Assembly (NCBI GenBank): GCA_035644935.1
Contig: DASQNO010000118.1
Span: 12,153-76,152, forward strand
DNA length: 64,000 bases
Reading direction: 5' to 3'
Origin: Sphingomonadaceae bacterium
Lineage (GTDB): Bacteria > Pseudomonadota > Alphaproteobacteria > Sphingomonadales > Sphingomonadaceae
Positions 35,011 to 44,503 of this stretch are shown here, piece by piece; the stretch's first letter is position 1; every line of letters starts with the position of its first letter. Below the pieces are notes generated by a model. It worked only from the letters and a program-made list of their open reading frames with translations. It did not search any database and had not been told where the DNA came from. The position numbers and the translations under genes were made by a program.

Positions 35011-35217
35011 CTAGGCTTTCTTCAATGCGTCGGGTTTGTGCGCGGCCAGCGCGCCCTTGTCAGTCTTGACGATAAACTGCGGGTCCTCGGGTGTCGCGGC
35101 GACCTTGTGGCTCTTGATCATCGTCTCGCTGGTCTGCTTCTTCTCAACGGTGCCGTGCGCCTCGCCGCCATGCGACTTCCACGTCACCTTGTCGCCCTTC
35201 TTGAACTCGGTCATCAT
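35011..35217 (-). CDS. DUF2945-like small protein (hypervirulence-associated Tudor-like)
   Basis: MMTEFKKGDKVTWKSHGGEAHGTVEKK pattern. 68 aa. Confidence 0.55.
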   Translation of the reverse strand: MMTEFKKGDKVTWKSHGGEAHGTVEKKQTSETMIKSHKVAATPEDPQFIVKTDKGALAAHKPDALKKA

Positions 35218-35330
35218 TTCGCTCCTGTCGTGTCGGGCCCTAATGCATAGGCCACGGTACTTGTTTCGCGCCGCTTTGCATTGGCGCGGGCGCGGCGCTA
35301 GCGTGAGGGCGCTCAGGGAGACGGTTGAAC

Positions 35331-36356
35331 ATGCGCAAGGCTTTGGGATCATTCGCGGCCTTGTCCGCCTTGGCGCTGACCTTGAGCGGCTGCGAAACCC
35401 TGGCGAGTATCGAGGAAAGCATCCTGGGGCCGTTGCCGGAGGACCAGCAGGCGGCCGCGATGCCGGCGGACGGGCCGGCGATCGTTTCCGGCGATACCAC
35501 GGACGCTCCCGCGCCGATTGCCGGCATGACGCCCACGGCCGCCATCGCTTCCGCGGCCCCCGCCGACTGGCGCGCGATCGATCCGGCCAACCTGCTGCTG
35601 ATGGACCTGCGGGAGGCGAACGGGCAGCCGGCGCGGCGCGTGGTAATCGAACTGGCGCCCGCGTTCGCGCCCGTGCACGTCGCCAACATCCGCGCCTTCA
35701 CCCGCGCCGGCTGGTGGAACCGCAGCGGCATCTACCGCGTGCAGGACAATTATGTCGCGCAATGGGGGAACGGCGAGACGTCGCGAGGCATGCCCGCCGG
35801 CGTGGTGCCGGTGCCGCCGGCGGAATACGACCGGGATCTGGAAGGACAACGGCCCCGCCCGCTCGGCTACCGCGATGCCTATGCGCCCGCGGTGGGCCAT
35901 CTGGCGGGGTGGCCGGTGGCTTGGAACCCGCGCACGGGGCGCGTCAATCTGACGCATTGTTACGGCATGGTCGGCGTCGGGCGCGGCGAGGCGCCGGACA
36001 CCGGTTCGGGCGGCGAGCTCTACGCGGTGATCGGGCACGCGCCGCGCCACCTCGATCGCAACATCGCGGCGGTGGGGCGGGTGATCGACGGCATGGACGC
36101 GCTGTCGGCGCGGCCGCGGGGCACCGAAGCCTTGGGCTTCTACAAGGTGCGCAGTTCGGACATCCCGATCGCGCGGGTCACGCTTGCCGCCGACCTGCCC
36201 GCGGCGCAGCGCCCGGCCTACGAAGTCCTCGATACCGGCAGCGCCGCGTTCGGACGTTATGTGGCCGCGCGCGCCAATCGTCGCGACAGTTTTTTTGCAA
36301 CGCCCGCCGGCGGCGTGGACATCTGCAACGCCCCCGTGCCGACCCGCAAGCGTTAG
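35331..36356 (+). CDS. Cyclophilin-type peptidyl-prolyl isomerase-like lipoprotein
   Basis: Lipobox LTLSGC. RRVVIELAPAFAPVHVANIRAF...IYRVQDNYVAQWG resembles the cyclophilin core. Confidence 0.6.
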   Translation: MRKALGSFAALSALALTLSGCETLASIEESILGPLPEDQQAAAMPADGPAIVSGDTTDAPAPIAGMTPTAAIASAAPADWRAIDPANLLLMDLREANGQPARRVVIELAPAFAPVHVANIRAFTRAGWWNRSGIYRVQDNYVAQWGNGETSRGMPAGVVPVPPAEYDRDLEGQRPRPLGYRDAYAPAVGHLAGWPVAWNPRTGRVNLTHCYGMVGVGRGEAPDTGSGGELYAVIGHAPRHLDRNIAAVGRVIDGMDALSARPRGTEALGFYKVRSSDIPIARVTLAADLPAAQRPAYEVLDTGSAAFGRYVAARANRRDSFFATPAGGVDICNAPVPTRKR

Positions 36357-36423
36357 CACGGCAAAACGCGCCGGAAGCCAGGCTTCCGACGCGTCGCCGA
36401 TCATTATTGGTGGAGAAGGCCGA

Positions 36424-36666
36424 TCAGGCGGCCCAGGCGTGCTCGGTCCGCATCTTGCGATGGCGGACCAGCACGGGCGCGGGGTGGGACATCGTCGAGG
36501 CCTCCGCCAGCGGCAGCGCGGTGGCGCAGAACGCGCATTCGGCGCTGGTGCGGCCGATATACCAATGCGTGCGGCCGCAGCCGGGGCAATGGTTCACCTC
36601 CGCCTCGCGATAGGCGACGTGGTAGCCGCGATCCGCGACGCTGGAATGAAATTGCTTGCTGACCAT
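36424..36666 (-). CDS. Small zinc-ribbon protein (80 aa)
   Basis: CPGC-N15-CAFC cysteine pairs. ATG 36666. No family name recalled. Confidence 0.45.
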   Translation of the reverse strand: MVSKQFHSSVADRGYHVAYREAEVNHCPGCGRTHWYIGRTSAECAFCATALPLAEASTMSHPAPVLVRHRKMRTEHAWAA

Positions 36667-36919
36667 CGGAACGAGTCTCCCGTACTTGCCCCTTAGAACG
36701 GGCCGATGGGCAACCGGTTGCATGAACGAAAAACAACAAACAACGGCTGTGTCTTCGCGGTCCCAGCTTGAAACGGAATCCACCGGACGCCCTAACCGCG
36801 CGACGGGCCGCGCGGGTGATCGGCGAAGCGGAAGCGAAATCTTAACCAAATTCGCCTTACGCTCGCGGGTGGAGGCCTTCCCTGTTTGTCGGGAAGCTCG
36901 TTCAAAAGGGCGATCGCCG

Positions 36920-37231
36920 ATGGGTCAGGTTCTACGCGCGGAGGTGATCGAATGCCGTTCGGTTGACCGATCGGACGTCCTGATCGAGACGCAAATCTCG
37001 GTCGCGCACCGTTCGCGCGCGATCACACTGGTCAATCTTTCGAGCCACGGTTTCATGGGCGAATGCCCGGCCGGAGTGCCGTTGCGGTCGCGGATCAAGC
37101 TGGACGTTCCGGGCGTCGGCCCCGTCGATGGTTACGTCCGCTGGTCGGTCGGACGGCGCGTGGGCGGCCGTTTCGACAGCCCGCTGGACGAGCTGCAATT
37201 GGCCGACGCGCTGGCCGCCGCTTTCGCCTAG
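36920..37231 (+). CDS. PilZ domain protein
   Basis: RSVDR (RxxxR) plus NLSSHG (NxSxxG). 103 aa. Confidence 0.7.
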   Translation: MGQVLRAEVIECRSVDRSDVLIETQISVAHRSRAITLVNLSSHGFMGECPAGVPLRSRIKLDVPGVGPVDGYVRWSVGRRVGGRFDSPLDELQLADALAAAFA

Positions 37232-37321
37232 AATCCCCGCTCGACTGAGCGCGGCGTTCACGACCGCTTTACCGGTTCACGAATAGGGACCGGTCACGGC
37301 AGACGTGACCAGGACGGGTGA

Positions 37322-37663
37322 ATGCGGGAATCGCTTGAAAGTTTCGAAGGCTACCAGCAGCGCAGCGTCGAGCGCTGCCACGTCCTTATTGAAACGCAAT
37401 TGCGCGTCGACGGCGTGGTCTACCCGTTCGAGGTGCTCAACATATCGACCATGGGTTTCGGAGGCGCGAGCGCGCTGACCCTGCTGATGGGTTCGATCGT
37501 GGAGATCGATCTGCCGGGTATGGGCTTCGTGGATGCGCATATCCGCTGGGCGCTGGCGGGCCAGATCGGCGTGCAGTTCGTCACGCCATTGTCGCTGGAC
37601 CAATGCCGCCGGGCCATCATGCCCGATCCCGAGGACCGGCGCGGACCCGTGCGGACGGCCTGA
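37322..37663 (+). CDS. PilZ domain protein (tandem paralogue)
   Basis: RSVER plus NISTMG. Aligns by eye with the 36920 protein (VLIETQ..., VD.(Y/H)(V/I)RW). Confidence 0.7.
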   Translation: MRESLESFEGYQQRSVERCHVLIETQLRVDGVVYPFEVLNISTMGFGGASALTLLMGSIVEIDLPGMGFVDAHIRWALAGQIGVQFVTPLSLDQCRRAIMPDPEDRRGPVRTA

Positions 37664-38146
37664 TCAGGCGGCCTGATGCGGGGCGGGCGTGCCCCGCACG
37701 TCGGCGGCGACGCTGTCCAGCAGGCCGTTGACGAAGCCCGATTCGACCCGGGCGTAAAAGGCCTTGGCGACGTCGACATACTCGCTGATCACGCTGGCCG
37801 TCGGCACGTCGATGCGGGCGAGCAATTCGTACGTCCCGGCGCGCAGGATCTGTCGCATCGGCTTGTCGAGCCTCTCCAGGCTCCACCCCGAAGCCAGCCG
37901 CCGCGCGATCAGGCCGTCGATCTCGGCGCGCCGCGCATCGACACCCGCGACCACGTCGTCGAAGAAATCGATCTCGGCATCGATATATTCGACGTCCTCG
38001 ATCGTCGCGCCAAGGCGATGGGCGTGGAATTCGTGCAGCAGGATGCGAAGGGGCGTGCCCTCCATTTCCTGCTGGTAGAGCGCCTGCACGGCGGCCAGCC
38101 GCGCGGCGGAGCGCGATCGGGCGCGTTGGGATGTCTTGGTTGCCAT
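37664..38146 (-). CDS. nusB: Transcription antitermination factor NusB
   Basis: AARLAAVQALYQQEM...ILRAGTYELL...VISEYVDVAKAF is canonical NusB. Confidence 0.9.
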   Translation of the reverse strand: MATKTSQRARSRSAARLAAVQALYQQEMEGTPLRILLHEFHAHRLGATIEDVEYIDAEIDFFDDVVAGVDARRAEIDGLIARRLASGWSLERLDKPMRQILRAGTYELLARIDVPTASVISEYVDVAKAFYARVESGFVNGLLDSVAADVRGTPAPHQAA

Positions 38147-38159
38147 GAGAACGGGCGAC

Positions 38160-39089
38160 TTAGGCGCTGATGGGGCGGGCGACAAGGAAGTCGCGGATCG
38201 CGGCCGTCACCGCGGCGGGCGCTTCCCACGTGACGAAGTGCCCGGCCTCGGGCACCGGGACCAGAGTCAGGTCGCTCACCAGTTCGTCCAAGCCCTCCAG
38301 CTGCACGGGAAGCAGCGCGGTGTCCTTCATCCCCCAGACCACCAGCGTCGACACCGCCAGGCTGGGGAAGGGCGCGTCGAGCCATGGCGGCCGCGGCGGG
38401 TCCTCGTCCGGTCGCGGCACGACGATCGGCGACGCGCGATACCAGTTGAGCATCGCGGCCATGGCGCCCGGCTGCCGCCATTCGGCGATCGTCTGCGCCC
38501 GGTCCTCCGCGGTCAGCTTGCCGAGGTCGGCATGGCCTTCGAAGATCTTCGCGAACAGCGTTTCCCATCCGGCGACCGCCCCCGTCACTTGCGCGGCGGC
38601 CGGAAGCAGGACGTCGCCGGCGGGCATCCGGAAGCGGTTGATATACTGCGACGCGGCGCGCTGGGCGGGATCGTCGAACAGCGACCGCTGAAAGATCAGC
38701 GGGTGCGGGGCGTTGGCGATGACCAGCCGCGCGACCCGGTCGGGGTGCCCCAGCGCCGTCGCCCACGCGACCGCGCCACCCCAGTCGTGGCCGGCCAGCG
38801 TGATCCGGCCCCAGCCGAGCGCATCGGCCAGCGCCAGCACGTCGGCGACCAGCCGGTCGATCCGGTAGTCCGCCTCGCGCGGCGGCTTGGAGGAGCCGGC
38901 GTAGCCGCGCTGATCGGGGGCGGCGACCGGGTGGTGGGGGCCAAGGTCGGCGAGCTGGTGCCGCCATGTCCTCCGCGACTCAGGAAAGCCGTGCAGGAAG
39001 AGGATGGGGTCGCCGTCCGCCGCGCCGCCCACGGTGACGTCGAGCTCCACGCCGGTGGAGAGGGGAATGCGTCTGGTCTCAAGAGCCAT
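38160..39089 (-). CDS. Alpha/beta hydrolase (epoxide-hydrolase/haloalkane-dehalogenase-like)
   Basis: LHGFPES, AGHDWGG nucleophile elbow and C-terminal AGHFV. Confidence 0.8.
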   Translation of the reverse strand: MALETRRIPLSTGVELDVTVGGAADGDPILFLHGFPESRRTWRHQLADLGPHHPVAAPDQRGYAGSSKPPREADYRIDRLVADVLALADALGWGRITLAGHDWGGAVAWATALGHPDRVARLVIANAPHPLIFQRSLFDDPAQRAASQYINRFRMPAGDVLLPAAAQVTGAVAGWETLFAKIFEGHADLGKLTAEDRAQTIAEWRQPGAMAAMLNWYRASPIVVPRPDEDPPRPPWLDAPFPSLAVSTLVVWGMKDTALLPVQLEGLDELVSDLTLVPVPEAGHFVTWEAPAAVTAAIRDFLVARPISA

Positions 39090-39095
39090 GGTATT

Positions 39096-39170
39096 CCGTT
39101 CGTCCCGAGTGAAAACGAGGGGCGTGATCGACGGCCCCTCGGCGCCCCTCGTTTACACTCGGGACGAACG
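39096..39170. repeat. Long palindromic element, family D-like
   Basis: CCGTTCGTCCCGAGTGAAAACGAGGGGCG ... CGCCCCTCGTTTACACTCGGGACGAACG. Lies in the pirin/hydrolase intergenic region. Confidence 0.75.
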
Positions 39171-39187
39171 AACCTTGCAAGCGGTTC

Positions 39188-40084
39188 TCAAGGATAGCTG
39201 ACCGTCTTCGGCACCGCCGGAATCTCGATCCGCTCCGCATCGTCCGGCACGGTGGGAAACCGCCGGGCCGTCCAGTCCTCGCGCGCCTGGCGGATGCGGT
39301 CGGGGCGGGAGGAGACGAAGTTCCACCACACGTGGCGCGGCCCGTCCAGCGGCGCGCCGCCGCACAGCATGATGTGGGCGCCACGGTCCGACCGCAGCGT
39401 CGCGGGAACGCCAGGGGCCAGCACGTACAGGACGGACGGCTCGAGCGGCATGCCATCCAGGCTCGCCTCGCCTTCCGCGACGTACAGCGCGCGTTCGTCC
39501 CCCTGCGCGTCGATCGGCACACTGCCGCCGGCACCAAGCGCGATGTCGGCGTAGATCGTCGCGCTGTGTTGCGTCGTCGGCGCGGTGACGCCCCATAAGG
39601 TTCCCATGATGACCCGCGCGGTAGCGCCAGGCGCCTCCACCGCGGGCAGCGCGTCGGCGGCGACATGTTCGAACGCGGGGTCGATCTCCTCCCGGTGCGA
39701 GGGCATGGCGAGCCAGGTCTGGATGCCCGACAGCACGGGACCGTGGGCGCGCTCGTCGGCCGGCGTGCGCTCGGAATGGACGATGCCGTGGCCCGCCGTC
39801 ATCAGGTTCACCGCGCCCGGCGTGATCGTGCGCAGCGTCCCCAGCGAATCGCGATGATCGATCGCGCCGGCGAAGAGGTAGGTCACGGTGGCCAGGTTGA
39901 TGTGCGGGTGCGGGCGGACGTCGATGCCATCGCCGGTGGGCAGCTGCGCCGGACCCATCCGGTCGAAGAAGATGAACGGGCCGACGGTGGTGCGCAGCCG
40001 GTGGGGCAGGGTGCGATGAACCTTGAAGCCGCCGAGATCATGCGTGACGGGGGTGAGGGTCTGGAGGATTAGGTCGTTGGTCAT
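39188..40084 (-). CDS. Pirin family protein
   Basis: GFKVHRTLP...FIFFDRMGP...RPHPHINLATVTYL is the cupin metal site. Confidence 0.9.
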   Translation of the reverse strand: MTNDLILQTLTPVTHDLGGFKVHRTLPHRLRTTVGPFIFFDRMGPAQLPTGDGIDVRPHPHINLATVTYLFAGAIDHRDSLGTLRTITPGAVNLMTAGHGIVHSERTPADERAHGPVLSGIQTWLAMPSHREEIDPAFEHVAADALPAVEAPGATARVIMGTLWGVTAPTTQHSATIYADIALGAGGSVPIDAQGDERALYVAEGEASLDGMPLEPSVLYVLAPGVPATLRSDRGAHIMLCGGAPLDGPRHVWWNFVSSRPDRIRQAREDWTARRFPTVPDDAERIEIPAVPKTVSYP

Positions 40085-40176
40085 GGGCGATCTCCGTCAT
40101 GCCAGCGCAGGCTGGCATCTCCGCCGGTGAAAAGCAGGGTCATTGGGATTAACGACAGTCCGCCTCCGCACGCGCG

Positions 40177-40231
40177 AAACCCCTCCACCACCCTGCGGGT
40201 GGTCCCCCTCCCCGGCAAAGGCCGGGGAGGA
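40177..40231. repeat. Family C repeat arm (solo)
   Basis: AAACCCCTCCACCACCCTGCGGGTGGTCCCCCTCCCCGGCAAAGGCCGGGGAGGA. Near-identical organisation to 32697-32758. Confidence 0.7.
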
Positions 40232-40232
40232 T

Positions 40233-40526
40233 TCATTCGCCCGGCGCCCGCGCCTTGATCGCCAGCGCGTGGACGCGTTCGACGAGGAGTTCGGCGAGGG
40301 CCAGGTTGACCATGCGCTGGCGCTGCACCCGCCCGACGCCGGTGAACAGCGGGCTTTCGACCTCGACGGTGAAGTGGCTTTCGCCCCGGGCGTCGTGCCC
40401 CGCATGGCCGCGATGCGCCTCGCTGTTGTCGATCACGGCGAGCCGTGTCGGCTGCAAGGCGCGACGTAGACGGTCTTCGATTTCCTGTGCGACGGGGCCG
40501 GTGGCGGAGAGCGACATGCGCCCCAT
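40233..40526 (-). CDS. bolA: BolA family protein
   Basis: IDNSEAHRGHAG...HFTVEVESPLF...RVQRQRMV is a BolA pattern. Confidence 0.85.
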   Translation of the reverse strand: MGRMSLSATGPVAQEIEDRLRRALQPTRLAVIDNSEAHRGHAGHDARGESHFTVEVESPLFTGVGRVQRQRMVNLALAELLVERVHALAIKARAPGE

Positions 40527-40554
40527 ATAGCCCGATTGCGGAGCGGAGACGAGA

Positions 40555-41145
40555 GTGGCGCCACGTAGCGGTTCAGGGTCAAATAGGTTTTACGGACGGG
40601 TCGAGCGCGAGGAGCCGTGCGCCGAGCCGGGCTGCGACGCGCACGGCGAGTTTCGCGCACCCGATCCGAACGGCAACGCGCCGGGGCCGGACGGGCCGGG
40701 CGACTGGCGCTTCCTGTGTCTGGACCATGTCCGCGCGTTCAACGGCGGATACAACTACTTCAACGGCATGAGCCCCGACGAGATCGAGGGCCGGCAGTCG
40801 ATCTACGGCGGCTGGGAGCGGGAGACGCGCGCGTTCGCGAGCAACGGCGATCCGGCGCCACGCTGGGGAGACTATGCCGACCCATTGGACGCGATCGGCG
40901 CGCGCTTCCGCCGCCCGGAGCCACCGCGCGCCGACGGGCGGGAGCTGACCACGGCCGACCGCCGCAACCTCAAGGTGCTGGGTCTGTCCGTCGACGCCGA
41001 CCGGCGGACGCTGCGCACGCGCTACGCCGAACTCGTCCGCCGCTACCACCCCGACCGCAACGGCGGCGACCGCAGCCATGAGAAAGCGCTGCAGGCGGTG
41101 ATCGCCGCCTATACGGCGCTCAAGTCGGCGCGGGCGTTCGCCTAG
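40555..41145 (+). CDS. J-domain (DnaJ-like) protein
   Basis: C-terminal J domain with LRTRYAELVRRYHPDRNGG (HPD). Confidence 0.7.
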   Translation: MAPRSGSGSNRFYGRVEREEPCAEPGCDAHGEFRAPDPNGNAPGPDGPGDWRFLCLDHVRAFNGGYNYFNGMSPDEIEGRQSIYGGWERETRAFASNGDPAPRWGDYADPLDAIGARFRRPEPPRADGRELTTADRRNLKVLGLSVDADRRTLRTRYAELVRRYHPDRNGGDRSHEKALQAVIAAYTALKSARAFA

Positions 41146-41585
41146 GCGGACCCTGCCGGACCGGTCGACGCGTCCGCGCCGGCGATCCTTTCGCGAAGCC
41201 GCTCCTCCTGTGCCGCCAGTTCGGGCGTGAACGCCTCGCCGAAATCGGCCGCGTCGAACAGCGGCCGGATCTCGATTTCGCTGCGCGTCGGCATGGGGTT
41301 GGGGCAGCGTTTCGCCCAGGCCAAGGCCTCGTCCACCTGCCACAGCCAGAACCCCGCGGCGATCTCGTTGGCGACCGGGAAAGGCCCGTCGACCACCGTC
41401 CGGTCGGCGCCGTCGAAGACCACCCGCTTGCCCTTGGACGAGGGATGCAGGCCCTCGCCGGCCAGGAGAATGCCCGCATCGGCGAGCTCTTCGTTGTACC
41501 TGCCCATCGCCTCCATCAACTCGGTGGGCGGCATGGCGCCCGCTTCGCTGTCGCTCGTGGCCTTGACCAGAACCATCACACGCAT
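41142..41585 (-). CDS. YciI-like/DGPF domain protein
   Basis: MRVMVLVKAT...VVDGPFPVANE..FWLWQV. AAGGAG Shine-Dalgarno. Confidence 0.75.
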   Translation of the reverse strand: MRVMVLVKATSDSEAGAMPPTELMEAMGRYNEELADAGILLAGEGLHPSSKGKRVVFDGADRTVVDGPFPVANEIAAGFWLWQVDEALAWAKRCPNPMPTRSEIEIRPLFDAADFGEAFTPELAAQEERLRERIAGADASTGPAGSA

Positions 41586-41625
41586 CTTCCAAGCTCCTTA
41601 TCGTGACATTCTCTTGATTGCGTCG

Positions 41626-42300
41626 TTAGGCGGCGGTCGGCTGGCGCGCCTCGAAGTCGGACAGCTGCGCGTCGTGGGCGCGGCGGAACGCGGGCCGCGC
41701 GGTGCCGCGCTCCATGTAGGCGAGCAGGTTCGGCCGCTCCTGCAGCAGATCGGTGTCGTCGACGATGCGCAGCACGTCGATCATCAGCAGGTCGCCAGCG
41801 GTGAAGGCATCCTCGAGCCATTCCTTGTCGCCCAACCAGTCGGCCAGCCGGTCGAGCCGCCTGCCGATCATCTCCAGCACCTGCGGCCGCCGCTCGGCGG
41901 TCCAGGCCTCGCCGCGGTGGAAGATGTCGATGGTCGGCAGTTGAGCAAGATACGGTTCGACGCTGTTGAGCGCCGCGATCGCCCAGGCCGTAGCGCGCGC
42001 GCGGCCCGCCTCGTCCGGGGGCAGCAGAGCGCCGTATCTGCGGCCGATGTGCAGCACGATCGCGCCCGATTCGAACAGCTGCACCTCGTCGTCGCGGTAG
42101 CTGGGAACCTGGCCCCAGGGCTGCTCGGCGAAATAGTCCGCCGGCCGGTCGCTCAGCGCATCCAGCTTGCGCACAGCATAGGGCACGCCCGCCTCCTCAA
42201 GGGCCCAGCGCACGCGCAGGTCGCGGACGCGGCCTTTCGCGAAGTCCGGCACCCAATTGAAGGCGGTGATACGCACGGCGGCGTTCGGGTCGATCGGCAT
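41626..42300 (-). CDS. Glutathione S-transferase
   Basis: GST N- and C-domain pattern (QVPSYRDDEVQLFESGAIVLHI). GAGGAG Shine-Dalgarno 7 nt before ATG 42300. Confidence 0.8.
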   Translation of the reverse strand: MPIDPNAAVRITAFNWVPDFAKGRVRDLRVRWALEEAGVPYAVRKLDALSDRPADYFAEQPWGQVPSYRDDEVQLFESGAIVLHIGRRYGALLPPDEAGRARATAWAIAALNSVEPYLAQLPTIDIFHRGEAWTAERRPQVLEMIGRRLDRLADWLGDKEWLEDAFTAGDLLMIDVLRIVDDTDLLQERPNLLAYMERGTARPAFRRAHDAQLSDFEARQPTAA

Positions 42301-42311
42301 GGTGTTTCTCC

Positions 42312-42809
42312 TCAAGCGGCGACGGTGTCGCCAGCGGCGGCAGCTTCGATGGCGGCGATGTCGATCTTCCTCATCGTCATCATCGCCGCCATGGCGCGTT
42401 GGGCACGGGCTTGGTCAGGGTCGGTGGTCAGTTCGAGCAGGCGCCTGGGCGTCACTTGCCAAGACACGCCCCACCGGTCCTTGCACCAGCCGCACGCGCT
42501 TTCCGCACCGCCGTTGGCAACGATCGCATCGTACAGCCGGTCGGTCTCGGCCTGGTCCTTGGTCTCGATCATGAACGACACCGCTTCGGTCTGCGGGAAC
42601 ATCGGGCCGCCGTTCAGCAGACAGAATCTCTGCCCGGCCAATGTCAGAATGGCAGTCAGCACCATGCCGGCGGGTCCCGACGGCGTGTCGATGGGCGAGC
42701 GGTTGATCTGCTCGATGCGGCTGTCGGGGAGCAGCGAGACGTAGAACGCCGCCGCTTCCTCGACCTGGCCGTCGAACCACAGAGTGGGCGTGATCTTGCT
42801 CATCGTCAT
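42312..42809 (-). CDS. VOC-superfamily protein, PhnB/3-demethylubiquinone-9 methyltransferase-domain type
   Basis: ITPTLWFDGQVEEAAAFYVSLLPDS...CGWCKDRWGVSWQV. Confidence 0.75.
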   Translation of the reverse strand: MTMSKITPTLWFDGQVEEAAAFYVSLLPDSRIEQINRSPIDTPSGPAGMVLTAILTLAGQRFCLLNGGPMFPQTEAVSFMIETKDQAETDRLYDAIVANGGAESACGWCKDRWGVSWQVTPRRLLELTTDPDQARAQRAMAAMMTMRKIDIAAIEAAAAGDTVAA

Positions 42810-43618
42810 TCTCCCGATTTGGCCGTGGCGATGACCATGAACGCCGCGCCCTGCGGGTCGGTCGCCTGGATGACCATGTCGCCGCCGGGGACTTCCGCCG
42901 GCCCGAAGTTGATCGTCGCGCCGCCATCTCGGATGCGGCGCTCCGCTTCTGCAATGTCGGGGACGCGGAAGCAGAAGCTCCACGACGGGCGCGGGTGGTG
43001 TGGCGTCTGGGTCATCACCGCGCCGATCATCTCGCCGCCATGCTCGATGAACTGGTAGTCGCCCATCTCGCCCATCGGCATGGCGTCGCCCTTCGTCCAG
43101 CCGAACTGGTTCTGGTAGAAGGCGAGCGCGCCTACCTGATCGCTGGTGACGAGTTCGTTCCACGCGGCGTGGCCGTGCGCGTCGGGCGCGAACGACGTGC
43201 TCGGCGCGTCGCTTGAGCCGCGCATGACGTAGAAGGGCGCGCCTTGCGGGTCGGCGACCATCGCCATGCGGCCGACGCCTTCCAGGTCCATCGCGGGCAT
43301 GTGCACCGCGCCGCCGGCGGCCACGATCCTGGCGACCGCCGCATCGACATCGTCGACGCCGATATAGCCGACCCAGCCCGGGTGCATGTCGGGGCTGGGC
43401 GCAGCCATGAAGCCCGCCACGTCCTCGCCGCCGATCGACAAGAGACGGTAGTCCATCCCCTCGACGCCCGCATCGCGGGACTGCCAGCCGACGACGTCGC
43501 CGTAGAAGCGCGCCGCGGCGTCGGGATCGGGGGAAACCAGTTCGTACCAGACGAAGCTGCCGTGCGCGTTGCGCGCGTCCGCGGCGGGACGTTCCGCGGT
43601 TTGGGTCATCTCGCTCAT
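42806..43618 (-). CDS. Two-domain VOC/glyoxalase family protein
   Basis: Duplicated FVWYEL../WNELVT.. modules ending in DPQGA(P/A)F. ATGA overlaps at both ends. Confidence 0.75.
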   Translation of the reverse strand: MSEMTQTAERPAADARNAHGSFVWYELVSPDPDAAARFYGDVVGWQSRDAGVEGMDYRLLSIGGEDVAGFMAAPSPDMHPGWVGYIGVDDVDAAVARIVAAGGAVHMPAMDLEGVGRMAMVADPQGAPFYVMRGSSDAPSTSFAPDAHGHAAWNELVTSDQVGALAFYQNQFGWTKGDAMPMGEMGDYQFIEHGGEMIGAVMTQTPHHPRPSWSFCFRVPDIAEAERRIRDGGATINFGPAEVPGGDMVIQATDPQGAAFMVIATAKSGE

Positions 43619-43980
43619 TTTCCGTTCTCCTTTGCCAGGGTGACGACGGGCGTGAACCCGCCAAAGATCATGCGCTTGCCGTCGAAAGGCATGGGCTCGC
43701 CCGTCATCCGCGGGTCCTTGCGCATCGCGGCCATCGCGGCGTCGCGCGTCGGCTTGTCCGGCCACTCGATCCACGAGAACACCACCGTCTCGTCCGCCTT
43801 GGCCTGCACCGCACGGTGGAAGTCGGTGACTTCGCCCTTCGGTACGTCGTCGGCCCAACCCTCCACGACTCTGAGCGCGCCCATTTCGAGGAAGATGGGG
43901 TCCATGCGCTCGGCATGTTCGATGAACTTGGCCTTGTCCGCCGTCGGCGCGGCGATCACGAAACCGTCGATATAGGTCAT
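43615..43980 (-). CDS. DUF1428 family protein
   Basis: [19 protein letters not shown]...[16 protein letters not shown] Shine-Dalgarno. Confidence 0.7.
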   Translation of the reverse strand: MTYIDGFVIAAPTADKAKFIEHAERMDPIFLEMGALRVVEGWADDVPKGEVTDFHRAVQAKADETVVFSWIEWPDKPTRDAAMAAMRKDPRMTGEPMPFDGKRMIFGGFTPVVTLAKENGK

Positions 43981-44003
43981 GCGGGTTCTCCTTGTCGGGT
44001 CGG

Positions 44004-44435
44004 TCAGGCGGCGACGCTCTCGGGCGCCATCGCCTGCTGCGCGGCGGCGAGGTCCATCCACATCGGCTCCCAGATGTGGCCGTCGGGGTCGGCGAAGCTG
44101 CGGCCGTACATGAAGCCGTGATCCTGCGTCGGACCAGCCCCCGCGCCGCCCGCTGCCAATGCGGCCTCCGTCACGCGATCCACGTCCGCGCGGCTGTCGG
44201 TGGAAATGCAGAGGAGGACCTGGCTGCTCGCGTGCGCATCGGCGATCGGGTGCGGGGTGAAGCCGGCGAACTTTGCGTGGGTCAGCAGCATGACGTGGAT
44301 GGTGTCGGAAAACACCATGCAGGCGGCGGTGTCGTCGCTGAACTGCGGGTTCCGGGTCGCGCCCACCGCTTCGTAGAAGGCGACGGAGCGGGGCAGGTCG
44401 CTGACCGGCAGGTTGACGAAGATCATGGTGGCCAC
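44004..44435 (-). CDS. VOC/glyoxalase family protein
   Basis: [21 protein letters not shown]...[13 protein letters not shown] 44435 lies 5 nt from the AGGAGA Shine-Dalgarno. Confidence 0.75.
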   Translation of the reverse strand: MATMIFVNLPVSDLPRSVAFYEAVGATRNPQFSDDTAACMVFSDTIHVMLLTHAKFAGFTPHPIADAHASSQVLLCISTDSRADVDRVTEAALAAGGAGAGPTQDHGFMYGRSFADPDGHIWEPMWMDLAAAQQAMAPESVAA

Positions 44436-44484
44436 GGGTTTTCTCCTGTTCGCGAATCGACTGGTCTTGTCTTTGTGCATGCGG

Positions 44485-44503
44485 TAGTTACATATTGCAA
44501 CTA
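44485..44503. promoter_or_regulatory. Imperfect palindrome in the divergent VOC/hxlR control region (possible operator)
   Basis: TAGTTACATATTGCAACTA, an AT-rich imperfect inverted repeat overlapping the hxlR-type ATG. Confidence 0.25.
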
